From a virus (lineage: Duplodnaviria > Caudoviricetes): 33,144 nucleotides of DNA. The position numbers were made by a program, and so were the translations under genes. Below are positions 15,796 to 24,322 of the stretch, one piece after another; the first letter of the stretch is position 1, and the number at the start of each line of letters is the position of its first letter. Where the stretch lies: positions 1 to 33,144 of IMG/VR virus record IMGVR_UViG_3300010362_000065; one strand, 5' to 3'. A model generated the notes under the pieces. That model saw nothing but the letters and a program-made list of their open reading frames with translations. It had not been told where the DNA came from and did no database searches.

Positions 15796-15988
15796 AAGCG
15801 TGATCCTCCACTTTCGCGCCTCCCCGAAGCAGGCGGCTGCGATCCGTGAGCGGGTCGGCGAAGGGAACCTCTCCGAGTTTTGTAGGAGCGCTGTTCTCGC
15901 GCGCGTGGTCGAGCTGCGGACGCTGGAACTGCAGAGCAGACTGCCGTCTTCATCGGCCCGTAGGCAGGCCGAGAAGGAGGTCGCCTGA
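15788..15988 (+). CDS. Ribbon-helix-helix (CopG-like) regulator
   Basis: Alternating strand VILHFRAS, a helix, then GNLSEFCRSAV. Confidence 0.6.
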   Translation: MSESVILHFRASPKQAAAIRERVGEGNLSEFCRSAVLARVVELRTLELQSRLPSSSARRQAEKEVA

Positions 15989-16287
15989 TGGATCAGGAGC
16001 GCACGGCGGAGCGGATCAAAGAAGCTTCGTTTATCACCGCCGGAGCCGGACCACAGACCTTCCTGGAGGCTTCGACGCTCGATCAAGAGGCCTTCTACCT
16101 CCACCTGCAGACGCGGACCAAGCTGCTGCTCGAAAGGCTGCGGGACGACGACGATCCCGAGGGCCGGACTGTTGCGTGCCTGGCAAGCACCTTCGCAACC
16201 GGCTACTGGATGAGCGAACTGCTGCGGGGCAACGCCGAGGTCACGGTCGAAGAGGTTCCCGATCAGGACGTCAATGGCGATGGCTGA
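15988..16287 (+). CDS. Hypothetical protein
   Basis: AAGGAGG RBS, TGATG coupling. Confidence 0.65.
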   Translation: MDQERTAERIKEASFITAGAGPQTFLEASTLDQEAFYLHLQTRTKLLLERLRDDDDPEGRTVACLASTFATGYWMSELLRGNAEVTVEEVPDQDVNGDG

Positions 16288-16537
16288 GCGGGTGATCTTG
16301 ACGATCGGTCGTAATGGAATCATTAGCGAGCGGATCGAGCCCTACAGCGACCCCGCTACGACCAAGGAGCGCTTCGAGGCACTGAGGGAGGCGGTGATCC
16401 GCGACTACGGCGAAGGGACGATCACGATGGCGCTGCGCTGCGACCGTTGTTTGCGAGTCCAGCGGGTCGAGAAACCGGAGCTGCCTGAAGGGTGGAGGAC
16501 TACCGCGAGCGGAGATTTCTGCCCGGCGTGCCGGTGA
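16274..16537 (+). CDS. Small zinc-finger protein
   Basis: CDRC...LPEGW...DFCPAC. Confidence 0.65.
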   Translation: MAMAERVILTIGRNGIISERIEPYSDPATTKERFEALREAVIRDYGEGTITMALRCDRCLRVQRVEKPELPEGWRTTASGDFCPACR

Positions 16538-16664
16538 GACAACTCGATCGGGCAAGTGCGCCTCTCGTCATGTGTCAGCTTTGCTTTGGGATGAAGCGGC
16601 TGGATGAACTGCGGTTGCTCGACACCGAAATCGAGGCCGGACCCCCGGCGACCTTCCCCTGCTG

Positions 16665-17144
16665 ATGGGCAGAGCCTGGCGCCCGTGGATGGGTGAGACG
16701 GAGCGCGGCGAGCTAGACGCCTTCGAAGCCGAGAAGCGGCGGCAATGGGACGCCGCAGGCCTGCCCCCCCAAGGCGCGAGCTACTACGACCGCACCACCG
16801 AGCCGATGAGCTTCGCCGATTGGGTCGAGGCCTTCGAGGATCTGGAGTACCGCAGGATCGGCGAGGACATAACCAACGGCTGGCGGATCTCGACCGTCTG
16901 GTTGGGGCTCGATCATGGCGTTGGAGGCGAGCCGGAGATCTTCGAGACGATGGTCTTCGACGAGCGCCCGGTCGCCAAAGCGCGGGTCGCGAAGCAGCGC
17001 GAAGAATTCTTCGCGCGCAAGGTCGATCCCGACGAAGTTCTCGGGCCGGAGGCATACCAGAACCGCTATAGCACCGAAGCCGCTGCGATCGAGGGCCACA
17101 GGCAGGCTGTCGCTGCGGCTGAAGCGGGGTTGATACGGCGATGA
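16665..17144 (+). CDS. Conserved phage hypothetical protein (start may be 16689)
   Basis: ISTVWLGLDH....P.IFETMVF...RYST...A..GH motif familiar from actinophage hypothetical proteins. Confidence 0.7.
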   Translation: MGRAWRPWMGETERGELDAFEAEKRRQWDAAGLPPQGASYYDRTTEPMSFADWVEAFEDLEYRRIGEDITNGWRISTVWLGLDHGVGGEPEIFETMVFDERPVAKARVAKQREEFFARKVDPDEVLGPEAYQNRYSTEAAAIEGHRQAVAAAEAGLIRR

Positions 17145-17362
17145 TCTGCGGCGACGTGGTGCAGGCCCACCCGATGCACCGGATCTGCCCCCGCTGTCAG
17201 TCGCGCGCGCGTCAGCGTTACCAGTGGAAACCCGATCTCGCCCCTACCCTGCATCGCCGCCGTTGTTATGACTGCCAATGGGACTCCGGTTGGGTTCCCT
17301 ATGACGATTGGATCGTCAGGATCGTCTCGAACCCGACGACTCTCTCCGCAACGGGGGAGTAA
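17141..17362 (+). CDS. Small zinc-finger protein
   Basis: CPRC...CYDC; ATGA-coupled. Confidence 0.5.
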   Translation: MICGDVVQAHPMHRICPRCQSRARQRYQWKPDLAPTLHRRRCYDCQWDSGWVPYDDWIVRIVSNPTTLSATGE

Positions 17363-17399
17363 CGCGCTGCTATAGGCAAGCGGGCTCGGCCCCGGCGAG

Positions 17400-17420
17400 A
17401 GCCGCCTCCGGGCGGCTTTC
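17400..17420 (+). terminator. Hairpin/possible terminator
   Basis: AGCCGCC-TCCG-GGCGGCT then TTC. Confidence 0.5.
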
Positions 17421-17438
17421 GTGTGACTGGAGGCGGGC

Positions 17439-17648
17439 ATGGGCGATCGCGAGAAACGCGAAGAAATCTGGATCTGGATCTGCCGCACCCTCGGCGTCAC
17501 CGGCTTCGTCGCCTTACTGCTCTCTGACTACGGCTACAACGTCCCGAAATGGTTCTACTTCCTGCTGATTTCACTGCTCTTCGGTCCCGAGATCTTCGTC
17601 CGCATCTTCGATGCGATCCGGGGCAGAGGAGGCGGTTCTGAGCACTGA
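17439..17648 (+). CDS. Small membrane protein, holin-like
   Basis: GGAGG RBS; two hydrophobic segments with charged termini. Confidence 0.6.
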   Translation: MGDREKREEIWIWICRTLGVTGFVALLLSDYGYNVPKWFYFLLISLLFGPEIFVRIFDAIRGRGGGSEH

Positions 17649-17772
17649 GGCGGCACCGCTGCTGATCCTGCTCCTTGCGGGCGTCGCGCTGTTCACGCTG
17701 CTCGGCGCGAACCTCGTCCTCGCGCTCTGCATCCTGGTCGCCGGGATGATTTTGATCTGGCTCTTCGCATAG
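17611..17772 (+). CDS. Very hydrophobic small membrane protein (below the ORF-track cutoff; start uncertain)
   Basis: Frame reads ...PLLILLLAGVALFTLLGANLVLALCILVAGMILIWLFA*. Confidence 0.5.
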   Translation: MRSGAEEAVLSTEAAPLLILLLAGVALFTLLGANLVLALCILVAGMILIWLFA

Positions 17773-17781
17773 GAGGCAACG

Positions 17782-18006
17782 ATGGCGAACTGGATCGCCG
17801 GGGCGATCAAGCACCCCGGCGCGCTGCACCGCGACCTTGGCGTCGCCGAAGGCAAGAAGATCCCGCGCGCGAAACTGCTTGCGGCTGCGAAACAGAAAGG
17901 CACGACCGGCCGACGCGCGCGCTTGGCGCTGACCCTCGGGGGGTTTAAACGGCACCGCCGCCACCAGCGCCGCGCGCGGATTCGTGGGCGGCTCGAAGCT
18001 AGTTAA
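17782..18006 (+). CDS. Conserved small basic phage protein
   Basis: AGGAGG RBS; WI..AIKHPGALH..LGV..GKKIP..KL.AA...RRARLA.TL motif. Confidence 0.8.
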   Translation: MANWIAGAIKHPGALHRDLGVAEGKKIPRAKLLAAAKQKGTTGRRARLALTLGGFKRHRRHQRRARIRGRLEAS

Positions 18007-18259
18007 GTGGAGCCTCTTCGCGTTTTTGGCGGTAGAAGGATCCGAGTGCGAGGTCGGTTCGCCACTGCTCGCCGTAGACGTTTTTGAGGATCAGAACCCT
18101 GGTCTGCGAGCCGATGATCGAGCCGATCCCGATTCCGACCGAGAGCCCGATCGATACGAAGGAGAAGGTCGGCGAGCCGGTCAGCATCGCGAGCGGGGTG
18201 AAGATCGCAAGGACGGTGAGCTGCGGGATCATCGACCAGAGCAGCAACCTGCGGCTCAT
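17999..18259 (-). CDS. Small membrane protein
   Basis: GGAGG RBS before MSRRLLL; two hydrophobic segments. Confidence 0.6.
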   Translation of the reverse strand: MSRRLLLWSMIPQLTVLAIFTPLAMLTGSPTFSFVSIGLSVGIGIGSIIGSQTRVLILKNVYGEQWRTDLALGSFYRQKREEAPLN

Positions 18260-18456
18260 GCGTGTACCTCCCGAATGTGGGTTTCGATCTCGGCCCTGGA
18301 GCCGCCGCGCTCCGGCACTTCTCCGGCGCGCAGCCCGCGCTGCGCGATGCAGTAGCGGCAGACGAAGATCGCCGGGGCTCCGGCGACGCTGACCGACATT
18401 GGCTTGTTCCATTCGATCAGCGGGTAGCGGGCGCGGAGTTCGAGCGAGCTGAGCAT
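18256..18456 (-). CDS. Small C2H2-like zinc-binding protein
   Basis: CRYC...HIREVH; coupled to the downstream gene. Confidence 0.55.
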   Translation of the reverse strand: MLSSLELRARYPLIEWNKPMSVSVAGAPAIFVCRYCIAQRGLRAGEVPERGGSRAEIETHIREVHA

Positions 18457-18503
18457 CGGTCGAGCCTACCCCCGCGTTCGGATGCGAGGGCAGGCCCTGC
18501 CGG

Positions 18504-18830
18504 TCAGGTTGCGAAGTAGAGGCGACCGTCCTTGCGGATCTGGCCCGCACTCGCCGCCTGTTTCAGCAGCCGGTACAGGTAATTCGGCTGCATCTTCAGC
18601 TCGTCTGCGATCTGCGAACCGGAGATCCCGTCCGGATGGGACTGGATTACCTCCAGCGCATTCGTCAGCACGGTCCCTTTCTTCGCGCGTTTCGCCGTCC
18701 GACGACGCGGTTTGTGAGTCGAGCCGTTGGTCCCCAACTCGCTCAGCGCCCGCTCTAGGCGCTGCCGCTCTTCGTCCAGCTCACTGAGGCGTTTCGCGAC
18801 AAGCTCGCGCGCCTCATCCAGTACCTCCAT
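18504..18830 (-). CDS. Coiled-coil plus winged-helix DNA-binding protein
   Basis: AAGGAG RBS; N-terminal heptads, basic linker, HPDGISGSQIADEL...YLYRLL...GQIRKDGRLY. Confidence 0.75.
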   Translation of the reverse strand: MEVLDEARELVAKRLSELDEERQRLERALSELGTNGSTHKPRRRTAKRAKKGTVLTNALEVIQSHPDGISGSQIADELKMQPNYLYRLLKQAASAGQIRKDGRLYFAT

Positions 18831-18885
18831 AGCGCTCCTTTCGTTACCTACCAAGCGGGCACACCCTACAGAGAACGAAGGACGT

Positions 18886-19071
18886 ATGCCCTACGCATCG
18901 ACCAAGCAACGCGCGTATATCCATGCGAAAGCGGCCGAAGGCGTGCCGTGGGCGGTGAAATTCATCAAGGACGCCGACAAAGCCAAACAGCCGTCCAATA
19001 CCTACGCGCGCAAAAAAGGACCAAAACACCGCCGTAAACACCGAATCCGTAAACGACTGGAGAAGAGCTGA
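18886..19071 (+). CDS. Small basic phage protein
   Basis: MPYAS.KQRAYIHA N-terminus of a type common before phage packaging genes; GAAGGA RBS. Confidence 0.65.
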   Translation: MPYASTKQRAYIHAKAAEGVPWAVKFIKDADKAKQPSNTYARKKGPKHRRKHRIRKRLEKS

Positions 19072-20027
19072 TGCCTGCCAGCGCCTCGCGAACCTTGGGC
19101 GGAGGCGGGAGCCTGCCGCTGACGCCGCACCAGCGCCGCCGCTTCCATCGTCGCAAACCGATCTTCTTGCACGGCCCGCAGGGAGTACCGGCGGCGCGCT
19201 TTCTCGAAAAAGCGGGCTGGAAATTCAAGCGGGCGGCGAAGCTCGGTAAGGGGACGCACGGTCACTTCGTTCCCCCCGGCTACCACGTTCTGCCCTCCGG
19301 CGATGAACCGCACGGAGCAACCAAGTCGTCAACGAAAGGGAGTTCGATGCCGATCGAACAGACACGCCGGGTGAACATTCGTCGCAACCTGCGGGAACGG
19401 AGCCCGCGCAACGGGCTCACTCGCGGCCAGAAAAGGCAATTTCAGCGAGCGTGGGCGCGCGGCGATGAGAACCCGCCGCAGATCCAGTCTACCCGCGAGC
19501 TGCGGGGGTGGAACTACTACAAAGGGCAGTTCAGCGGCAAATACGGCCAGAGCAGCAATCGACCCCCGGTCGGGGGCCGGGAGTATTCGCCCTACAACCC
19601 TTCGATCCAACGCAGCGGTCGGGTCCAGATCCCGATTCGCGCTGTGCGGCCGAGCGGCAACGAACGGGTCCAGCTCCCTGCGTTCCGGCCGATCGCCGGG
19701 CCAAGCGGACGACCGGTCAAAGGGCAGCGTGTAGAGGGACGTGAAGCGCGCGGCACGCGCGGGCGCCCACGGATCTCACCCCGGCAAGAAGCGGGTTCTG
19801 CGGGACGGTTGCCGGGGCCGAGTCGCACGATCAACCGTCCCGGCGGAATGGCACTCGAACGGGCTGGTCCCTACCCTCGCGCGCGTTATTTGAAAGCGCA
19901 GGGCAGCCGCTATCTCGGCGGCGGCGGGAAAGAACCGACTCGCATCGTCGGCCGGATGAAGAAGATGACCCGCAAAGAGCCCTCCTATATCCGGCGCAGG
20001 TTCCGGAAGCTGACTCCGGCCCGGTGA
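19071..20027 (+). CDS. Highly basic R/G/P-rich low-complexity protein
   Basis: 318 aa, TGATG-coupled, ends 3 bp before the next gene. Confidence 0.55.
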   Translation: MPASASRTLGGGGSLPLTPHQRRRFHRRKPIFLHGPQGVPAARFLEKAGWKFKRAAKLGKGTHGHFVPPGYHVLPSGDEPHGATKSSTKGSSMPIEQTRRVNIRRNLRERSPRNGLTRGQKRQFQRAWARGDENPPQIQSTRELRGWNYYKGQFSGKYGQSSNRPPVGGREYSPYNPSIQRSGRVQIPIRAVRPSGNERVQLPAFRPIAGPSGRPVKGQRVEGREARGTRGRPRISPRQEAGSAGRLPGPSRTINRPGGMALERAGPYPRARYLKAQGSRYLGGGGKEPTRIVGRMKKMTRKEPSYIRRRFRKLTPAR

Positions 20028-20030
20028 TTC

Positions 20031-21836
20031 ATGGCTGCGATGAAAGGGGCGCGGCGCAAACGCCGCCAACGTCGCGAACCCAGTGCCGGAATCTCCCGCT
20101 ATCTCGGCGGCGGCGGGGGAGCGGGCACGCGCGGTAAGCCCTCGCGCAAGGGGCCGAGCGGCGGCTACCACGGCGATCTCTCGATTCCCGGCTACAAGCC
20201 GAAGACGCCGACCGTAGCGCCGCCGTCATCGGAGGCTGCGAAGGGACCGGCCGGTTCTTACCCCGGCGCGAAGGAGGCCTACGTCACCGCCGTCGAAGCG
20301 ATGCCGAAAGCGGCGCGCGACGTGACAACGGAGGCGACGGTCACGGCGGCGAAGCGCCGCTACAAGCGTGCCCATGAAACCAAGCGCGAGCAGCAGGCGC
20401 GCTCGATTCTTGCGACCGGCTTCGCGAACCGGGCAGTGGCGAAACCACACGGCCCGAAGCCCTCCGATTTCGCCTCCTTGAAGTTCAATAAATCGGGGCT
20501 GGCGGTCGAACAGACCAAACCGAAACCGAAATCGCGGCCGAAGCTGTTCTACGGAGTCCCCACTGCCGGGGCACCGAAACTGTCCGAACTGCGGCAGGCA
20601 AAACGGGCGGGCAAACTCGACGTGAGCAGGCGCGGGTTCGTCACCACGCCACGGGTACGGAGGGCGGCAAAACGCTACCGGCGGGCGAAAAAGGCCTACG
20701 CGAAAGCGGTGCCCTCGCTCGCCGGGCTGAGCGCGGACGAAAAACGGGTCTTCAAAGAGGCGCGGATCGCGCATCGCCAGTACCCCGATGTGCCGGTGTC
20801 GCTGCTGATGGCGCTGACCCGGCAGGAGTCGGGCTTTGATCCGGAAGCGATCTCCAGCGCCGGGGCGCAGGGCCTGACCCAGTTTATCCCCTCCACTGCC
20901 GCCTCCTACGGGGTCGAATACGGGGCCGGGAAGCGCGAACGTCAATCGCAGGAGACAGGTGCGGCGCGGCTGCTCAGTGCGAGCGGGTTCAAGGAGGATC
21001 CGTGGGGCGCGCTCGAAGCCTATACCGGCGGCTACTCGAAATCCGAATACCCGGTTCTCGAAGGCCAGAAGGATTATCTGGCGCTCGATAAGCCGGGCAA
21101 CCCGAAGGTCGCGAAACGGCTGGCGCGGGCGAAGGCGGAGGCCCAAGCGGTCGGGCTGCGCCCGCAGCGCGTCGTTGTCAAGACCGAAGGCACCGAGCCG
21201 AAGACGCTGCCGAAAGGATCGAGCCGCTATTTCGTCAAGGTCGATGGCTCCGAGCACCTTCGCTTCGTCCCGGTCTTCGCCAAGCAACTGATCAAGCTGG
21301 CGAAGGCGAGCGGCGAACCGCTCCATGTCAACTCCGGTTTCCGCACCTACAACGAACAGGTCGAAAGCTATAAGGACTACCAGGAAGGCGGCACCCTCGC
21401 CGCCGTCCCCGGTACCTCCAATCACGAGTTCGGCCTCGCCGCCGATATCGATCTCACTGCCAATCAGAACGCGCTGCTCTCGAAATTCGGGCTCGGCCTG
21501 CCGGTCGAAGGCGAGCCCTGGCACGTCGAGCTGACCGACCCGTCCCTCCGTAGCAAGGCGGGCTACGATAGTCCCGGCTCGGTTAACCCGACCGCTTACG
21601 CCGGTTCCACTGGAGGGGCTCCATCGTCAGGAACCCCGACGACGACGATGAGCCCGGCGGAAGCAGCAATCGCGGCTGTCCAGCAGCCGTCGAAAACAGG
21701 CAAGGCGGGTCAGCAAGGTACGAGCGCCCTACAGACGCTCCGGAACCTGGAATCGCTCGGACTGGGAGGGGGTCGCGATCAAGCAGAACCCTCTCCCTCG
21801 CCCGTCCTCGCTGCGCTGAAACGGAAATACGAATGA
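20031..21836 (+). CDS. Dual peptidoglycan hydrolase: basic N-terminus, SLT transglycosylase and M15 (VanY-like) peptidase
   Basis: QESGFDP.AIS.AGAQGLTQFIPST (SLT); SGFRT..EQ, PGTSNHEFGLAAD, EPWHVE (M15). Confidence 0.88.
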   Translation: MAAMKGARRKRRQRREPSAGISRYLGGGGGAGTRGKPSRKGPSGGYHGDLSIPGYKPKTPTVAPPSSEAAKGPAGSYPGAKEAYVTAVEAMPKAARDVTTEATVTAAKRRYKRAHETKREQQARSILATGFANRAVAKPHGPKPSDFASLKFNKSGLAVEQTKPKPKSRPKLFYGVPTAGAPKLSELRQAKRAGKLDVSRRGFVTTPRVRRAAKRYRRAKKAYAKAVPSLAGLSADEKRVFKEARIAHRQYPDVPVSLLMALTRQESGFDPEAISSAGAQGLTQFIPSTAASYGVEYGAGKRERQSQETGAARLLSASGFKEDPWGALEAYTGGYSKSEYPVLEGQKDYLALDKPGNPKVAKRLARAKAEAQAVGLRPQRVVVKTEGTEPKTLPKGSSRYFVKVDGSEHLRFVPVFAKQLIKLAKASGEPLHVNSGFRTYNEQVESYKDYQEGGTLAAVPGTSNHEFGLAADIDLTANQNALLSKFGLGLPVEGEPWHVELTDPSLRSKAGYDSPGSVNPTAYAGSTGGAPSSGTPTTTMSPAEAAIAAVQQPSKTGKAGQQGTSALQTLRNLESLGLGGGRDQAEPSPSPVLAALKRKYE

Positions 21837-23329
21837 CCAGGGCGCGTAGAAACCGGCCCGACGCCGAGGTCGAACGGCTGCTCGCCGAATACAACGATTC
21901 CCTGCAGGCGAACCCGCTGCTCGCCTACAACGATCCCGAGTACCCGCACCGTTACCACGCCAAGCAGATGCAGTTTCACGACGCGCGCACGCGGATCAAG
22001 GCGTTGATCGCGGGCAACCGCTCGGGGAAGACGGTCGCCTGCGTGGTCGATGATCTGATCCAGGCGATCGACCGCGAGCTGTTGCCGAACTGGTTGCTGC
22101 CCTACAAGAAGTGGAAGCCGCCGTTTCACGTCTGGATCGGCGCGCCGAAGTTCTCCAAGCACGAAGACACGATCATCCCCCTGATTCGGCGCTTCATTCC
22201 GAAGCTGATGCTGATCGAGGGCAGCTTCGAGAAGTCCTATCGGCGGCAGCCGACCCCGATCCTGCGGCTGACCAATGGCTCGACCTTCGGCTTCAAGACC
22301 TACGACCAGGATCTCGATGCCTGGGCGTCGGCGGAGGTTCACCGGATCCACTGGGACGAGGAGCCCAACGGTGAGGACGGCAAGATCCTCCGCTCCGAGG
22401 CCCGCGCTCGGCTTGTCTCGACCAACGGCGACGAGATAATCGGCATGACCCCGCTGCTCGGGTACTCGTGGGTCTACGACGAAATCTGGGAGCGGCGGCT
22501 CGAGGACGGGATCTCGGTTGTCCAAATGTCGATCGAGGACAACCCCTGGAATTCGAAGCAGGCGATCAACGAGTTTCTCGGCGAGCTGACCACCGACGAG
22601 CGTCGCGCGCGCGAGAAGGGTGAATTCGTCCACTTCGGCGGGCTTTTCTTCGATGAGTTCTCCGACGAGCGCCACGTCTGGCCCGCAGCGCCGAAGCCCG
22701 AACACATCAAGGGCCAGGACGTGGTGGTGGGGATCGATCCCGGCCTGCGGCGAACCGGCGTCACCTGGACCGCGTTCGACAATGACAACGCCGCCCTGAC
22801 CTTCGCCGAGCACTACCCGGCCGAGTCGATCGTCCCCGATATCTGCGCCGAGATCCGCCGCAAAAATGAGTTCTGGGGCTGCGAGCCCGAGTACGTGATC
22901 GACCCCTCCGCCCGCAACCGCTCGGCGATCAACGCCGATCAGGTCGAGGCCGCGTACATGCGGGAGGGGATTTACCCCCAGTACGGGCAGAACGATCGCG
23001 CCGCCGGGATCCTGGAGATCAAGCGGCGGCTGCAGAACCTGGAACCGAACGGCACTCCGCAGCCGATGTTGCAGATCTCGCCCGAGTGCAAAAACTTGAT
23101 TTGGGAGATCGGTCGCTATCGACGCGATCTGAATTCCGATGACGAGTGGAAGGCGATCAAGGTTGACGATCACCTGGTCGATTCGCTGCGCTATGCCGTG
23201 CTTTCGCGCGCCTGGCATCACCCGGAGTTCAACCCGCCGCCGAGACGGTATTCGACCCCCGAGTTTCAGATCCCTTACTCCGAAGAGCGTCCCTACCGGG
23301 AAGCTCCGCCGCTCGGCAGTTTCAGCTAA
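21833..23329 (+). CDS. terL: Terminase large subunit
   Basis: HAKQMQFH, Walker A AGNRSGKT, Walker B IHWDEE, GMTP, nuclease VGIDPG and DDHLVDSLRY. Confidence 0.93.
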   Translation: MTRARRNRPDAEVERLLAEYNDSLQANPLLAYNDPEYPHRYHAKQMQFHDARTRIKALIAGNRSGKTVACVVDDLIQAIDRELLPNWLLPYKKWKPPFHVWIGAPKFSKHEDTIIPLIRRFIPKLMLIEGSFEKSYRRQPTPILRLTNGSTFGFKTYDQDLDAWASAEVHRIHWDEEPNGEDGKILRSEARARLVSTNGDEIIGMTPLLGYSWVYDEIWERRLEDGISVVQMSIEDNPWNSKQAINEFLGELTTDERRAREKGEFVHFGGLFFDEFSDERHVWPAAPKPEHIKGQDVVVGIDPGLRRTGVTWTAFDNDNAALTFAEHYPAESIVPDICAEIRRKNEFWGCEPEYVIDPSARNRSAINADQVEAAYMREGIYPQYGQNDRAAGILEIKRRLQNLEPNGTPQPMLQISPECKNLIWEIGRYRRDLNSDDEWKAIKVDDHLVDSLRYAVLSRAWHHPEFNPPPRRYSTPEFQIPYSEERPYREAPPLGSFS

Positions 23330-23346
23330 CCAGAAAGGACAAGGTA

Positions 23347-23763
23347 ATGCCCGATACATTCATCGTGTACCGGACTCCCGTGCAGATCGGCGGAGGCCCG
23401 GACCAAATCAAACGCGTCAGCAACGGCGGCAGCGGCGCGATGTGGTACGCCGCCGATCAGCTCGTCTCGGCGCGCGACGAGGAGCTGGAGGCAGAAGCTG
23501 CGATCGACGTGCGCGGCTCGGCCTGGTTCGTATCCGACACCAGCTCGCACGTCACCGTCGAGGAGATCAGCGAGGACGAGGCCGACAACCTTGTTGACGA
23601 ATTCGAGCAGAGCGCGATCCGCAAGGAAGAGGTCGAAGCCGCCGAAGAACGCGAAAAGGAACAGAAAGAGGCGGCAGAAGAAGCAGAGAAGGAAGGCGAA
23701 AAAGAAGGCAAAGAAGCGTCCAGTTCGTCGTCCTCCAGTTCGTCCTCCAGCTCGAAAAAATGA
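23347..23763 (+). CDS. Hypothetical protein with acidic/Ser-rich tail
   Basis: AAGGA RBS; in the packaging operon. Confidence 0.7.
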   Translation: MPDTFIVYRTPVQIGGGPDQIKRVSNGGSGAMWYAADQLVSARDEELEAEAAIDVRGSAWFVSDTSSHVTVEEISEDEADNLVDEFEQSAIRKEEVEAAEEREKEQKEAAEEAEKEGEKEGKEASSSSSSSSSSSSKK

Positions 23764-24059
23764 AGATAGTCGAGCAGGCCACGCATCCGCCCGCGCAGTG
23801 CATCGTCACTGCCGACCAGGACGGGCCATTCATCGACACCGAGACGTGGGCGAACTGGAGAGATCCGTACGTCTACCTGCACGTCCCGCTGGTCGAATAC
23901 ATGGCGCGTGAGCTGCTCGGGATGGTTCCGCGCGCCGAGGTAGACGAGCTGCGGGCTCGGATCGACTCCTACGAGCAGGAGATCGAGGGTTTGCAGGAGT
24001 TCGTCGCCGCGTCGGAAAAACTGGAGATCGCGCAGGGTTCGGTTCTCAACGCGCCGTGA
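23760..24059 (+). CDS. Hypothetical protein with C-terminal coiled coil
   Basis: ATGA-coupled. Confidence 0.7.
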   Translation: MKIVEQATHPPAQCIVTADQDGPFIDTETWANWRDPYVYLHVPLVEYMARELLGMVPRAEVDELRARIDSYEQEIEGLQEFVAASEKLEIAQGSVLNAP

Positions 24060-24322
24060 TGGAGACGCTCGGCTTCATTTTCGTCGCCGGGGCGCTGATC
24101 GGCTACTGCATCCTGCGCGAACTCCAGGCGTCGTCGGCGAACGATCGCCGCGAGCAGCGCTGGCAGGTCGAACGCGACCGCTGGCGGGCCGAACGCGAAA
24201 AGCTGCTCGACCGGATCCAGGCCCCGGAGGTTGCCGTCGTCGCCGAGCAGCAGCCGACCCAGTACGTCGCCCCCGACGACGACGAGGGCTACTGGCAGGC
24301 CACAGAGGAGCGTGAGGGCTGA
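24056..24322 (+). CDS. Small protein with N-terminal membrane anchor
   Basis: Hydrophobic N-terminus; coupled to the portal start. Confidence 0.65.
   Translation: MMETLGFIFVAGALIGYCILRELQASSANDRREQRWQVERDRWRAEREKLLDRIQAPEVAVVAEQQPTQYVAPDDDEGYWQATEEREG

Noticed and set aside
23640-23760. Purine-rich and TCC/TCG repeat tract as a DNA element
   Set aside because: Explained by the Glu/Lys-rich and poly-Ser tail of the encoded protein.
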